Assembly: GCA_000002445.1 (NCBI GenBank)
Contig: CH464491.1
Location: forward strand, 1,760,001-1,824,000
Direction: 5' to 3'
DNA: 64,000 nucleotides
DNA from: Trypanosoma brucei
Lineage: Eukaryota
The position numbers were made by a program, and so were the translations under genes. The number at the start of each line of letters is the position of its first letter. Position 1 is the first letter of the stretch. A model generated the notes under the pieces. The model saw only the letters and a list, made by a program, of their open reading frames with translations, searched no databases and had not been told where the DNA came from. This document shows positions 41,650 through 51,310 of this stretch, in pieces.

Positions 41650-44514
41650 TTATTCAAAACGCGGATCATCAACCGCAGCTGAAAAATGAACGTAACCCAT
41701 CTCCCCACCTCCTATGCTGTAGGTTTTGCGAAGCACATCTGCCTGTGCAGGACTCAGCTGTACACCGAGAGACATAAGCGTTGCAAAAAATTGTCCCTCC
41801 TTTACAAACCCCTTACGAGCCCTGTCGTATTGCCTGAACGCAGGAAGCGAGACGGATCGCCGAGAGGCGAGGGTACGGCGCACCCTATCCATCACAGATG
41901 CATGGAAAGATTTATCACCTTCTTCTGTCGCCTTTTCCGCCGGTGGGGCGGCTGCAATGTGGGGAAGATTTTCGGAATTCCCAGCGGCCGCGTAAGCAGC
42001 AAAGGTTGTGGCGCTTCCACTGTCGTTCCGTTGCTGTGGCCCCATCCGCCGTGTAATGTTTTGCAACATATGTGTCACCACTGCCAGGAAGGTGGGGTAG
42101 TCCACATGATTTTCCATCTCCGGATGAGCAAAAGAGATTTCGAGCACCCTCAGTTCCTCCTCCGTAAGCTCGATACCGAGAATAGACAAGCAGTGCCTAA
42201 ATCGTGAGTTTGTTACATGCCGGTGCCGCAATTCATCACCGTCTGGGAAAAACTCCGCGAGTCTCGGTTTGCGCTCTTGAAGAAAGTAACAGATCTTCAG
42301 CAGCACCTCATCCAGAAACTTTTCCTCATCCCCAACGTTTCGTTGTGTGCTGCCGGCGCATGTGGATGCTGGAAGTGACGCTGTGAAGGTTGCACCGTTG
42401 CCGTTGATAGTCTTTTGAAATTCACCTACAGCCAACTCGCCTAGGCCAATGTCCCCAACAAAACGCCTGTATTCGATGGACTCCTTGTCATCCGCCGCCG
42501 CGTAGTAACGAGACAGTAGATCAATCTCCGCTGCCGTCAGGGCAAAGCGATGGCGGGCAAGTCCCTGCTGGAAGTTTGTTCGGGTAATCTTCGCCCGGTG
42601 GAACCGGTCAAAGTCTGCAAAGAAGGGTAGCAGGAGAGCCTGGTGTGAGCTCACGTCGTGGGAAAGTCGAGCACGCAGTCGTCCAAGCTCCTCAAGTTCA
42701 GCAGCAGTAAGCTTATCATCGGGGTTCTGGATCGTTTCCTTTAGCGTAATAGCCGCCTCGCCCTTTGCACTACGGGATGCAGTAAAATCATATCTGGTGG
42801 AAACGGAAGGCACAGCCGACGGCGCTACCTGCCCGATATCAGCGATGAAGCGGTTCGTGTCAACGTGATCCCGCACCTTTGTGGAGGCGTATTCCTTCTT
42901 CAGCAGGTCCGCCTCACTGGGATGCAACTTCACACCGGCGATACCGAGAGCAACTATGAACTTGTCCGTTTGCACAGTCCCGCCGCGAAGCGGATCAAAG
43001 TCAAAGAAGAACTCACTCACACGCAGGTGACGTTCCTCCGCCTGCATTGCAATCTTCACCAACACATTCACTACCGTGTCGGCAGGAAGTGGCCGCGACA
43101 GCTCAACACTCTTTTGCAGCTCTGCCATAGCAGAAGAGTTTAAAATCCGCGACGCCCCCGTGTCCCATTTCACTTCATCTACGTCCATGACGAACTGGAA
43201 GTAATTTACCTCATCGGCGGGGCCGCCGTCGGGAGCGCGAATGGAATACCGCCTCACGAGAAGCTCGATCTCTTCCGGCTTCAGAAAAATTTTGTGAGTT
43301 GCCAGCGAGCGAATAAAGCGGGAAGCAGTGCATGTGCGGTGCTCGTAGATACCCTTCCGTGCGCGGTCGAAATCATGCATAGTTGGAACCAGATGAATAC
43401 GGTTAGAACGAATAATCTGCCGCACCTTCCGCAACACCGCCTCCGTCTGTTGCTGCTCTTGTTGATTCGTTGCATCGATGAACTGCCCGGGCGCCCTTGT
43501 TTGTGCCAAATAGTTCGCTGAACCGCCGTCAGCCTCCGTGTGCCGCGGGTTGGTGTCAGCAAGGAACTGAACATAATTCACACGCACGAAAGGATTCTCA
43601 TCCATTCCTGGCTTTTCAACCAAGGTTGATTCATCGGCATACGCTCGCGTGAGCATCGCTATGTTCTCCGCAGTAAGTTTTGCGTCAACAAGGCGGAGCT
43701 GGCCGAGGGCAGACTCAAACTGGGGTGCAGTGACAAAGCCCGTCTTGAAGTGATCATAGTCACGCAGGTAATCGTCACAGCGCAAGTGATACATAGAGAA
43801 TTGTTCTCGCAACATGCGCAGCAAACCATCAACGGTGTGAAAGCCGCTTCGGCTCCGCAAAAAGTTCTTCAGTGGAGCAGCGGTGGGCGAATGTTGACTC
43901 ATTTCTTGGGGCTTATCCTCGATGTCATTGCACCATGCAGAGTACAAAACATCCCCGTCCTCATTCTTATACTTCTTAATGAATAGCTTAATTACCTCCT
44001 CACGCAGTCCTTCAAACGGAATGCAGCGACGAAACACCGAGGCCGATACCTTACCGCTTCGGAAATGGTCAAAATCTTCAAAGCATTTACGCAACTGGAG
44101 CCCGCGCACCCGAGAGATATCACGGATCGATTGCATGGCGGCGCGCAACTGCGCCTCCTCTGCATCCGACAGCGAATTTGGCTTGCGCTTCAACGTGGTG
44201 AGCAACTCCGGAGGCGGTTCCTCTGCCTGCAGCGCCTGAAGGAAGTTCGTATAACTCACAAGAGACCCGGCACCACGTGGTGTCACTTCGCCTGAGCCCC
44301 CATGAGTGTATGGAGCTGCAAAGGCATCGGTAATTGCATCAAACTCTTCATCGCTGACCGGTATGTTATTAACGGCAAGTGCCCGACGCAACTGCCCTGC
44401 TGTGATACGGCCAGAGTTCAACTTGTCGAAATCGGTGAAGAAGTCATTGAGACGCAGGCGACGCTGGGCAGCATGCACTCGCACTCGTTGAAGTACGTCT
44501 CCTACTAGAGACAT
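41650..44514 (-). CDS. Protein made of eight tandem modules of roughly 100 aa, each with a degenerate EF-hand-like motif, 954 aa from the first ATG
   Basis: The track start at 44532 is TTG; the first ATG is at 44512-44514. Eight repeats fit the pattern h..F.DFD....G.[IV]....F...L......L...E...L...Y. The motif-bearing segments are LNDFFTDFDKLNSGRITAGQL, LRKCFEDFDHFRSGKVSASVF, CDDYLRDYDHFKTGFVTAPQF, LVPTMHDFDRARKGIYEHRTC, VSEFFFDFDPLRGGTVQTDKF, LLPFFADFDRFHRAKITRTNF, LAEFFPDGDELRHRHVTNSRF and LPAFRQYDRARKGFVKEGQF. Confidence 0.7.
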   Translation of the reverse strand: MSLVGDVLQRVRVHAAQRRLRLNDFFTDFDKLNSGRITAGQLRRALAVNNIPVSDEEFDAITDAFAAPYTHGGSGEVTPRGAGSLVSYTNFLQALQAEEPPPELLTTLKRKPNSLSDAEEAQLRAAMQSIRDISRVRGLQLRKCFEDFDHFRSGKVSASVFRRCIPFEGLREEVIKLFIKKYKNEDGDVLYSAWCNDIEDKPQEMSQHSPTAAPLKNFLRSRSGFHTVDGLLRMLREQFSMYHLRCDDYLRDYDHFKTGFVTAPQFESALGQLRLVDAKLTAENIAMLTRAYADESTLVEKPGMDENPFVRVNYVQFLADTNPRHTEADGGSANYLAQTRAPGQFIDATNQQEQQQTEAVLRKVRQIIRSNRIHLVPTMHDFDRARKGIYEHRTCTASRFIRSLATHKIFLKPEEIELLVRRYSIRAPDGGPADEVNYFQFVMDVDEVKWDTGASRILNSSAMAELQKSVELSRPLPADTVVNVLVKIAMQAEERHLRVSEFFFDFDPLRGGTVQTDKFIVALGIAGVKLHPSEADLLKKEYASTKVRDHVDTNRFIADIGQVAPSAVPSVSTRYDFTASRSAKGEAAITLKETIQNPDDKLTAAELEELGRLRARLSHDVSSHQALLLPFFADFDRFHRAKITRTNFQQGLARHRFALTAAEIDLLSRYYAAADDKESIEYRRFVGDIGLGELAVGEFQKTINGNGATFTASLPASTCAGSTQRNVGDEEKFLDEVLLKICYFLQERKPRLAEFFPDGDELRHRHVTNSRFRHCLSILGIELTEEELRVLEISFAHPEMENHVDYPTFLAVVTHMLQNITRRMGPQQRNDSGSATTFAAYAAAGNSENLPHIAAAPPAEKATEEGDKSFHASVMDRVRRTLASRRSVSLPAFRQYDRARKGFVKEGQFFATLMSLGVQLSPAQADVLRKTYSIGGGEMGYVHFSAAVDDPRFE

Positions 44515-44939
44515 CGGTAAAGATGTCTGCAATCTAATCTACACACTCACTTAGAAGTTAGTGATGACGAAGCGGTACAATTCCTCTGGACCGACACACG
44601 CCTCGTTACGAATGAACTCTCCTACTACTTGGAGTTTCCTGGCGGTCACCGAAAGAGGGGAAAAAGAGAAAAACAAGATAACGCAAGAACGGGAGGTAAA
44701 GGACAAAACGGCTAGTATCTAAGGTACGCACGAGAAAAAAAAAAGTCGACGTGGGCTAATTCAGTGCACGGGAGAACAAATGGGAAAAGGAGGAGCATGG
44801 CTTGTTTTCATCCAATTTATCTTCTCTACTAGAGCCCTCACCACCGGTGCACCTCTCCCCTTTATACATCCCCCTACACAGTAGTAAGTTTGGAGTAAAA
44901 AGGGGGAAAAAATATACGGCACTAAGCGAGGCGTAACTC

Positions 44940-45377
44940 TCAATCATCCTCGATGTCTGCCTTCGGATGTTGCACCCTAAAAGGTAGTGAGGCATCTGCC
45001 CAAGAAATTATTTCACGAGGAAACAGCAACACCGTCAGTGCAACAGCAGTAACGCCGCCGTTACGCATCGCGCGGTAAGTCCCCCACGACGCGCTCTTCG
45101 CTGTAATGAATGCGCTTGCCGCACCGATGCCTAAAGAGGGAATAACCCACTGCTTCGTACGCACCGTTTCACCCACCGCCGATACGGGCACGGCGACGAA
45201 GCGGTCGGCTTGCTCGGCGTAGAGCTTAGCGGTTGCTACGTGACCTGAGACATTCAGTGCCGGACCGAGATAAGCAGCAGCCGCCCACACGTACTTTCTC
45301 ACCGATGATACGCTGTGCCTGAGCCACGGCCACTCCCCTTCCCACTGCGACATCACACCACAGTCCTTGAGGCTCAT
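44940..45377 (-). CDS. Small hypothetical protein of 145 aa, possibly membrane-associated
   Basis: ATG confirmed. It contains Gly/Ala-rich hydrophobic stretches (IPSLGIGAASAFITAKSASWG). No family is recognised. Confidence 0.4.
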   Translation of the reverse strand: MSLKDCGVMSQWEGEWPWLRHSVSSVRKYVWAAAAYLGPALNVSGHVATAKLYAEQADRFVAVPVSAVGETVRTKQWVIPSLGIGAASAFITAKSASWGTYRAMRNGGVTAVALTVLLFPREIISWADASLPFRVQHPKADIEDD

Positions 45378-46654
45378 GGAACTAAAAACTTGTAACTCTC
45401 CTACGAACTATGTGTTTACAAGCAAACTTAGATATGCCCGCACACGTGACACACACACACACACGAGTACCCCAGCGGTGGATCACCACTTCAGGTATGA
45501 AACTCCAACCGTTCTACTCTGAACACAACAAAAATGCGATAACTCACCCACTGGGTGCTTAATAGGTTGTCACGTCACACTTCGCGTGGTGGAGTTTATA
45601 ATAGCAAGAGTTGAATGAAGGAGGGGTAGAATTCGATAGAGACGGGTGGCAATAAGGAAAGAACAGGGTGTTGAGCACTGGCAGACAACATTGAGAAGAT
45701 TTGGAACTATCCAATGAAACACTCTCCTCCACGAGTGTTTTGTCGTATCAGTGTCGAAGTGGTACACACAGCAATCCGCATGAGAGAATAGTCAAGGAAC
45801 CCTTCACTAAAAAGGTAGCAAACACTGAGATGCAAGTACGCTTTGCACGGGAAAACTTTAAAAAAGAAATGAAAAAGAGTGAACGGGCCTCCAGTTCCAC
45901 GTGCACACGTAGTGCACTGCTGTTGTTGTAGCAACACGACTTACCCCCGACGGAAATATTGAACAAACTCAAATCCAACACATTTAGAATTTACACCTCG
46001 CCCCACACGTTCGCTTCCGCATGTCCGGGCAATCACCAAGAGGCGGGGGATTGGAGAGGTAACTCCCAACGACGCACATCTACGAGACAACCCCGCACCA
46101 CACGTACACACAACTTTCTCCCTGCACGCGTACCAAAACGCACGAACGTTTGCTGCATACATTGCCACACCTGGTTCACGACTCTCGCCGCCGTTGGAAA
46201 ACCATCCAAGCATGCAAGAGCTATGAAAGGGAACCCCACTCAGGCATTCGGTACCCATGTGAAATACCTTCAAGGTTTAAAAAAAACTATTTAACACACT
46301 ACAACCGGTACCAATGCATTGTGTACCGCACTCCCAATACTTTTAAACTTGGACGTACCGACAGACTCACCAGTGGTACCACCACCCAATGGGCAAAACC
46401 TTTTGCAGGCACAACTCCAACACTCCAGTCCTTCTTCCTCCCATCCACAACCTCCCCCTCAGAACATTCAGCGTGGGAGCGCGCAAAAATAAAAGCGAAT
46501 ATGAGGAACGGATGACATGGAGCCACTATACCCTCGCCATCATCATATTCCTGACACAGAAGAGGTTGATGAAACCAGAGGCATTATTGTTAGTCCCTTT
46601 AAAAGAGGGTTTCGTCACCTACCATGCTCAACGCTCAAACTCCTCAAGGGAGCC

Positions 46655-48052
46655 TCACCTGCCAGCCGCACGTTTCCGTTTTATGCCTTTCTTCACTGCC
46701 GTCAGTCCCGGCAGTTCGAAGGGGAAAAAGAAGTCAGCTATCCCACAGCTTCCGTTATCCGGTACCAGTTGGCCAGACCTTGCTGTGCCACTCCTAGGCA
46801 ACACAACGTCCTGCTCGTTCACATCAGCGGAAAGGAAAATGTCGTCCCAACCCTCCAATGAGGTCCGAGTGGGTTCCCTTTTGACAGAATCCCGCTTTAA
46901 AGCATCGGGTGCCTCTCCATGGGATGGAGTACGTGATGGCAAAGCGCGTTCACCGCCCCCTTTCATGCCTCGACTCCGTCCACCCTCACCACTGCAAGCC
47001 GCTGAATTCCCATCAAATCTCGCCCTTTGGCTTGACGCAAGGCTGCCACCTCCGACTCTCCTCCTCTTTATAACTATCGGTGACTGTGATCGGGTGACCT
47101 TTCCAGATGTACCACTTGGGGAACAATGAATGTTGACCACAGGTTTATCGGTATTCGAAGCACGTTCCGCGGATCCTACAGCACGCGTATTGACATCACC
47201 GTTGTCTTTCAATGGGGCGACAGCGGGAGAGCCCATACTCGAGGCCTCACCCTCACCCTTCGCCTCCGTGTTGGCACTTTCCGCCAAACTGCAAGGGGAA
47301 GAAACGAACGGCGGTGTCGGCAGGTAATCCATTGCAGTTGGGAGACAACACAAAAACTGCTGGATGCGTTGAATGTGTTCCCCTTCACATAGGCAGCGTG
47401 CGAATACGTGGAAACGTAAAAGTAGTTGATCACTCGAAAGCGACTCTTCCGCACCCAGTTTAGAGCCAGGGCCAAACTCTATCGTAAGAAGCGGCTGCTT
47501 CCACGATGTTCCAGAGGAGGGATCGAAGAGTACTGAAGGTGATGTATCCCCAGTTGCCAAGCGCTTGCCGTTCACAAATGTTCCATTTTTACTTCCACAA
47601 TCACGGACGCTAAGAGCACACCACAACCCCGCGTCCGGTGAACCACGCAGCGGTTCTCGACCAGCGAGTTGCACGACACAGTGCCGACGCGAGAGAAATG
47701 AACCCAGCAGCTCCCCTTCAAACTGTATTACTCCACTGTTCTCCCTGGGATCCCTACCAAGTGGAAGGAGGCAAACGAGAGGAAGATTTGCCATCCCACA
47801 TCGATTCCCTCCACCTGTAGAGTTGAAGTTCTGAGAGGGAAGTGAGCAACCGTTCTCCGTGCTTCTAGATAGGAAGCGAGCCACAAGACGGCACCGTTTG
47901 TAACCACTCACTGAGGAACTTCGGACACGCATCGGTAACAAACCCGAAGGAGTCTCCTCCAGGCACTTTGTTGGCTGGGATACTGTTGCACTCAAACCGC
48001 CCAGGTCCGCAAGTGCCTTCAGGTTATGTGCAGCAACTATAGCAATCTCCAT
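46655..48052 (-). CDS. FHA-domain protein, 465 aa
   Basis: ATG confirmed at 48050-48052. The FHA signature ...HCVVQLAGRE...LWCALSVRDCGSKNGTFVNGKRLATGD (GxxNGTFVNG) sits at about nt 47500-47650. A Ser-rich, basic tail with a KRKR motif follows. Confidence 0.65.
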   Translation of the reverse strand: MEIAIVAAHNLKALADLGGLSATVSQPTKCLEETPSGLLPMRVRSSSVSGYKRCRLVARFLSRSTENGCSLPSQNFNSTGGGNRCGMANLPLVCLLPLGRDPRENSGVIQFEGELLGSFLSRRHCVVQLAGREPLRGSPDAGLWCALSVRDCGSKNGTFVNGKRLATGDTSPSVLFDPSSGTSWKQPLLTIEFGPGSKLGAEESLSSDQLLLRFHVFARCLCEGEHIQRIQQFLCCLPTAMDYLPTPPFVSSPCSLAESANTEAKGEGEASSMGSPAVAPLKDNGDVNTRAVGSAERASNTDKPVVNIHCSPSGTSGKVTRSQSPIVIKRRRVGGGSLASSQRARFDGNSAACSGEGGRSRGMKGGGERALPSRTPSHGEAPDALKRDSVKREPTRTSLEGWDDIFLSADVNEQDVVLPRSGTARSGQLVPDNGSCGIADFFFPFELPGLTAVKKGIKRKRAAGR

Positions 48053-48263
48053 TGCCTTCCACGAGGAACTTCCCCTTTAATGAAGAATTGCTTCAACGAA
48101 CATAAAGAAGGTTGACAAAAGACAGTACATAACACGAATAAATCAAAGGTCACACACACACAATATAAGCACAGTAAATGAGAATCGCATTAACCCCACA
48201 AAAGTAAATGTGCACTTGCACACATCGCTCACAATGGACGAAACTGTGCAACAACGCGCACCA

Positions 48264-48995
48264 CTAACCCTTCGTGTCGCCCTTAACTTGATCACTTGGA
48301 TTTGAAAGAAAATAACCCTTCTCCTGTTCCCGCCGGGTGCGAAGGTAATTCCGCTGTTCCTCCACAGAAGAAGTAATGGCACGTAAAAACTCCTGCTTCT
48401 TGTTCTCATCCCTAGAAAGCTCGTACAAGTGATAGTCCTCCGCCTCTCCGAAGTTCGTCAGTGCACGCCAATAGTCATTCCATAGGTGATTCAGACCACA
48501 CCGTATCAAGCGGCGATAAAATGGCACACATTGGGGCACTTCCGTACTTGTCTCAACCTCCCGGTTTGTATTGTAGCATTCCATGAGGGACACGTGGTGC
48601 GAAGCACAACTGGAGTGGAGTGCAGCATTTTGTAGCAAAGTTTCATGGTTAAGCCGCGACCCCATGCACCCTACGTAGGCATTGTGCGTAGCGCGGCATT
48701 TCTTTTCGTTTATGCTGTTCCTCGTGTTAATTTCACGGCGATCATCACCATGTTCTATCAGATTATGCTTCTCGAGGCACGCTGTGTATTCATCGAGTTG
48801 CTTGTAACAAATATATGCGTTAAGGTTCTGTCTCAGCATGAAGTTATTGTGCGCCTCCTCAACAGCGGGATCGGGGTCACTCCCCCGATCTGCAATCGCC
48901 TCCCTCTGCTCCGCTCGCCATTGGTCAAAGAGATCCATGGAAAACTGGGAATGCTTCGACGCTGCATTCAGAGGCCGCCAAGCATTAGCAGACAT
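48264..48995 (-). CDS. Double-CHCH protein with four Cx9C motifs, a putative mitochondrial intermembrane-space protein, 243 aa
   Basis: ATG confirmed. I counted four exact Cx9C motifs: CYKQLDEYTAC, CRATHNAYVGC, CASHHVSLMEC and CVPFYRRLIRC. Two helix-pair CHCH folds, as in CHCHD5/Mic14-type proteins, would explain this. Confidence 0.65.
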   Translation of the reverse strand: MSANAWRPLNAASKHSQFSMDLFDQWRAEQREAIADRGSDPDPAVEEAHNNFMLRQNLNAYICYKQLDEYTACLEKHNLIEHGDDRREINTRNSINEKKCRATHNAYVGCMGSRLNHETLLQNAALHSSCASHHVSLMECYNTNREVETSTEVPQCVPFYRRLIRCGLNHLWNDYWRALTNFGEAEDYHLYELSRDENKKQEFLRAITSSVEEQRNYLRTRREQEKGYFLSNPSDQVKGDTKG

Positions 48996-49472
48996 TGCAC
49001 GGGGGAATCAGAGGCCCTCCTAAAGAAAAAAGCAATAGCCCGTTGGCCGCAAGAACAAAAGAACAGAGAAGGAAAGGGAAAAGGAAGAAAAAAAGAAGTT
49101 GAACAGTGATAATGAGTGTTTTGCAGCCCGTGCAGGCGAATGCAGCGTTCGTCTCTCGTACTGATGTCCGGGTCCACCTTACCGTCTAAGTGAAGTGAGA
49201 TGGACTGCGGAGTACGACGCCTTGGCAGGTAGATATAAAGTGAAAATAAAATGCTGTTGCCAGAAGAAATTAAGCCGAGAGAAAAAATTTTATCTGTTTG
49301 GTGGGCATCGCTCTCCTTATTGGTCTCCCCCCGGCGTTTCGCATCCCGCTGTTTTGCCCTTGCCAAATAGACATGGCGAGAGCGCCACAGAAAAGATGTG
49401 AAGATATGCACAAAGGGGTGATCCTTTGGGAAACCTCAAATAAATGATGGTTCAGGTCCAACCTAAAAAGCA

Positions 49473-50063
49473 TCACTTCCGTTGAGGTGCAGCTTTCCCG
49501 CTACGACCCTGAGGTGCCCTCCTGTCACCGCCGCGCTGCTGCTGCTGCTGCTGCCGTTGTTGTTGTTGCTGCTGCGGTTTCTGCCTCTGTTGACCCTGGC
49601 GTTGACGGTTGCCCTCCTCAGTTCTGGCGGGCCTCCCTCCCTGTCGTTGTGCCTGCTGTGGACGGCCAGTGGGCTTCTGTGCAGCTCCACGCTGGGCAGC
49701 ACCCTTAGTTTGACCAGCCGCGTTACGGCCACCCTTCTGCTGAGTGCGGGCACCTGAGGCAACCTTCAGGTTCTTGGTTTTCTTGGCGCGAGGTTTCTTG
49801 CCAGTCTTGATGCGGACAATACCCTTAGCGATTGCTAGGTGATTGATGGCATGATCCGACTCACCCTGGCAGCGAAGGTAACCAGCGATGCAAAGCGTAG
49901 TCGTCGTACCATCAATCACACCGTTCGGATCGACATTTGCAATGGCAATCTGCACAGCAGAGTGATCGAACGAGGTAATGAGGCTGTTCGTCGCGTGGCA
50001 TTTGCGCGGAATGTACAGGTCCACGTTCACGCCTTCCTCATTGTAGGTCCCGATGGTCGCCAT
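49473..50063 (-). CDS. RPS21: 40S ribosomal protein S21e with a Gln/Arg/Gly-rich C-terminal extension, tandem copy 1, 196 aa
   Basis: ATG confirmed at 50061-50063. GVNVDLYIPRKCHATNSLITSFDHSAVQIAIANVDPNGV...CIAGYLRCQGESDHAINHLAIAKGIV matches the S21e consensus (VDLYVPRKCSASNRII...DHASIQ...GESDDSILRLAK). The long basic/Q-rich tail is encoded in part by a (CAG/CAA)n run. Confidence 0.9.
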   Translation of the reverse strand: MATIGTYNEEGVNVDLYIPRKCHATNSLITSFDHSAVQIAIANVDPNGVIDGTTTTLCIAGYLRCQGESDHAINHLAIAKGIVRIKTGKKPRAKKTKNLKVASGARTQQKGGRNAAGQTKGAAQRGAAQKPTGRPQQAQRQGGRPARTEEGNRQRQGQQRQKPQQQQQQRQQQQQQRGGDRRAPQGRSGKAAPQRK

Positions 50064-50103
50064 AGTGGTCGTGCTTGAGCGGAGGAGAGTATGTCACCTT
50101 TTG

Positions 50104-50190
50104 AAAAGAAACGCACGCGAAAAGCAGAAGGAGAGAAGAGAAAAAGGGGGCCGTTGAAGAGGAAGCTTGAAGGGGAGACACCACAAAAAC
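50104..50190 (-). promoter_or_regulatory. Polypyrimidine tract on the coding strand between the two S21e copies, a candidate trans-splice signal for copy 1 and polyadenylation signal for copy 2
   Basis: The plus strand is purine-rich (gaaaagaaacgcacgcgaaaagcagaaggagagaagagaaaaaggggg...). Confidence 0.3.
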
Positions 50191-50334
50191 TTCACCGGAT
50201 CTTTCAACTGCTAATGAAACACGCGGCACTGCTAACTAAAATATGCATTAAGAAAAAAAAGAGAAAAACCTCCTTCCACACGACTTCGACAAAGTTCCGA
50301 TAAGTCAAACGCGCTCCAGCCTCAAATCAACAGT

Positions 50335-50919
50335 CTAAGAGCGAGGGCCGCGCCTACCGCTCTGCTGAGGTGCCCTCCTGTCACCGCCGCGCTGCTGCTG
50401 CTGCTGCTGCCGTTGTTGTTGTTGCTGCTGCGGTTTCTGCCTCTGTTGACCCTGGCGTTGACGGTTGCCCTCCTCAGTTCTGGCGGGCCTCCCTCCCTGT
50501 CGTTGTGCCTGCTGTGGACGGCCAGTGGGCTTCTGTGCAGCTCCACGCTGGGCAGCACCCTTAGTTTGACCAGCCGCGTTACGGCCACCCTTCTGCTGAG
50601 TGCGGGCACCTGAGGCAACCTTCAGGTTCTTGGTTTTCTTGGCGCGAGGTTTCTTGCCAGTCTTGATGCGGACAATACCCTTAGCGATTGCTAGGTGATT
50701 GATGGCATGATCCGACTCACCCTGGCAGCGAAGGTAACCAGCGATGCAAAGCGTAGTCGTCGTACCATCAATCACACCGTTCGGATCGACATTTGCAATG
50801 GCAATCTGCACAGCAGAGTGATCGAACGAGGTAATGAGGCTGTTCGTCGCGTGGCATTTGCGCGGAATGTACAGGTCCACGTTCACGCCTTCCTCATTGT
50901 AGGTCCCGATGGTCGCCAT
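50335..50919 (-). CDS. RPS21: 40S ribosomal protein S21e, tandem copy 2, 194 aa
   Basis: ATG confirmed at 50917-50919. Nucleotides are near-identical to copy 1 from the ATG through about 50362, which corresponds to 49508 in copy 1. The last roughly 15 codons differ (...APQQSGRRGPRS in copy 2 against ...APQGRSGKAAPQRK in copy 1), as does the 3' flank. Confidence 0.9.
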   Translation of the reverse strand: MATIGTYNEEGVNVDLYIPRKCHATNSLITSFDHSAVQIAIANVDPNGVIDGTTTTLCIAGYLRCQGESDHAINHLAIAKGIVRIKTGKKPRAKKTKNLKVASGARTQQKGGRNAAGQTKGAAQRGAAQKPTGRPQQAQRQGGRPARTEEGNRQRQGQQRQKPQQQQQQRQQQQQQRGGDRRAPQQSGRRGPRS

Positions 50920-51310
50920 GGCGAAGTGTGAAAAAAGCGTCTTAAAAGGATGAAAAATACGGGACAGTGTTACAGTATATTGACCAAGTGCACTAACTCT
51001 GGCAAAGAGTCTCGCGGTAAGTGAAGCAACTATGAGTAAATTTCAGTTGTGGGTAATAATGAAACACTCGCAACAACTTGTTCCCAAAACCAGAATACGT
51101 AGGAGAGGAGGTGTCGCGAGTTGTGCAAATGGACATAGTTCCTCGATGGAACTCAGTTGTGGGAAGTCGGGAACCGACGCCTGCACGGGGAAAACGATGA
51201 CGAACATAGCGATATCATAAGTTCCCGCTAACGTTGTTTCACGAAAGCAACGAGGTGAAGGAAACACGTATCCCTTTCACCCCTGTGGTTTTTGCCTTGT
51301 GGAATAAAGC

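Larger units (their letters stand above)
49508..50919. repeat. Tandem direct duplication of about 857 bp per unit carrying the two S21e genes
   Basis: Identity starts and stops almost exactly at the CDS boundaries (49508-50063 against 50362-50919). The intergenic and 3' sequences have diverged. Confidence 0.85.

Noticed and set aside
44940-45377. The idea that the 145-aa protein is a Tim17/Tim22/OEP16 (PRAT) family member
   Set aside because: It has only a loose G.G hydrophobic stretch, and the PRAT consensus [G/A]x2[F/Y]x10Rx3Dx6[G/A/S]GxxxG is not satisfied. I kept it as a generic small hypothetical protein.
45380-46654. A cluster of short overlapping minus-strand ORFs (45570-46526) that might be a frameshifted pseudogene
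   Set aside because: The translations share no motif with one another or with known families and sit in different frames without a continuous similarity trail. It is more likely a 1.3-kb UTR or intergenic spacer.
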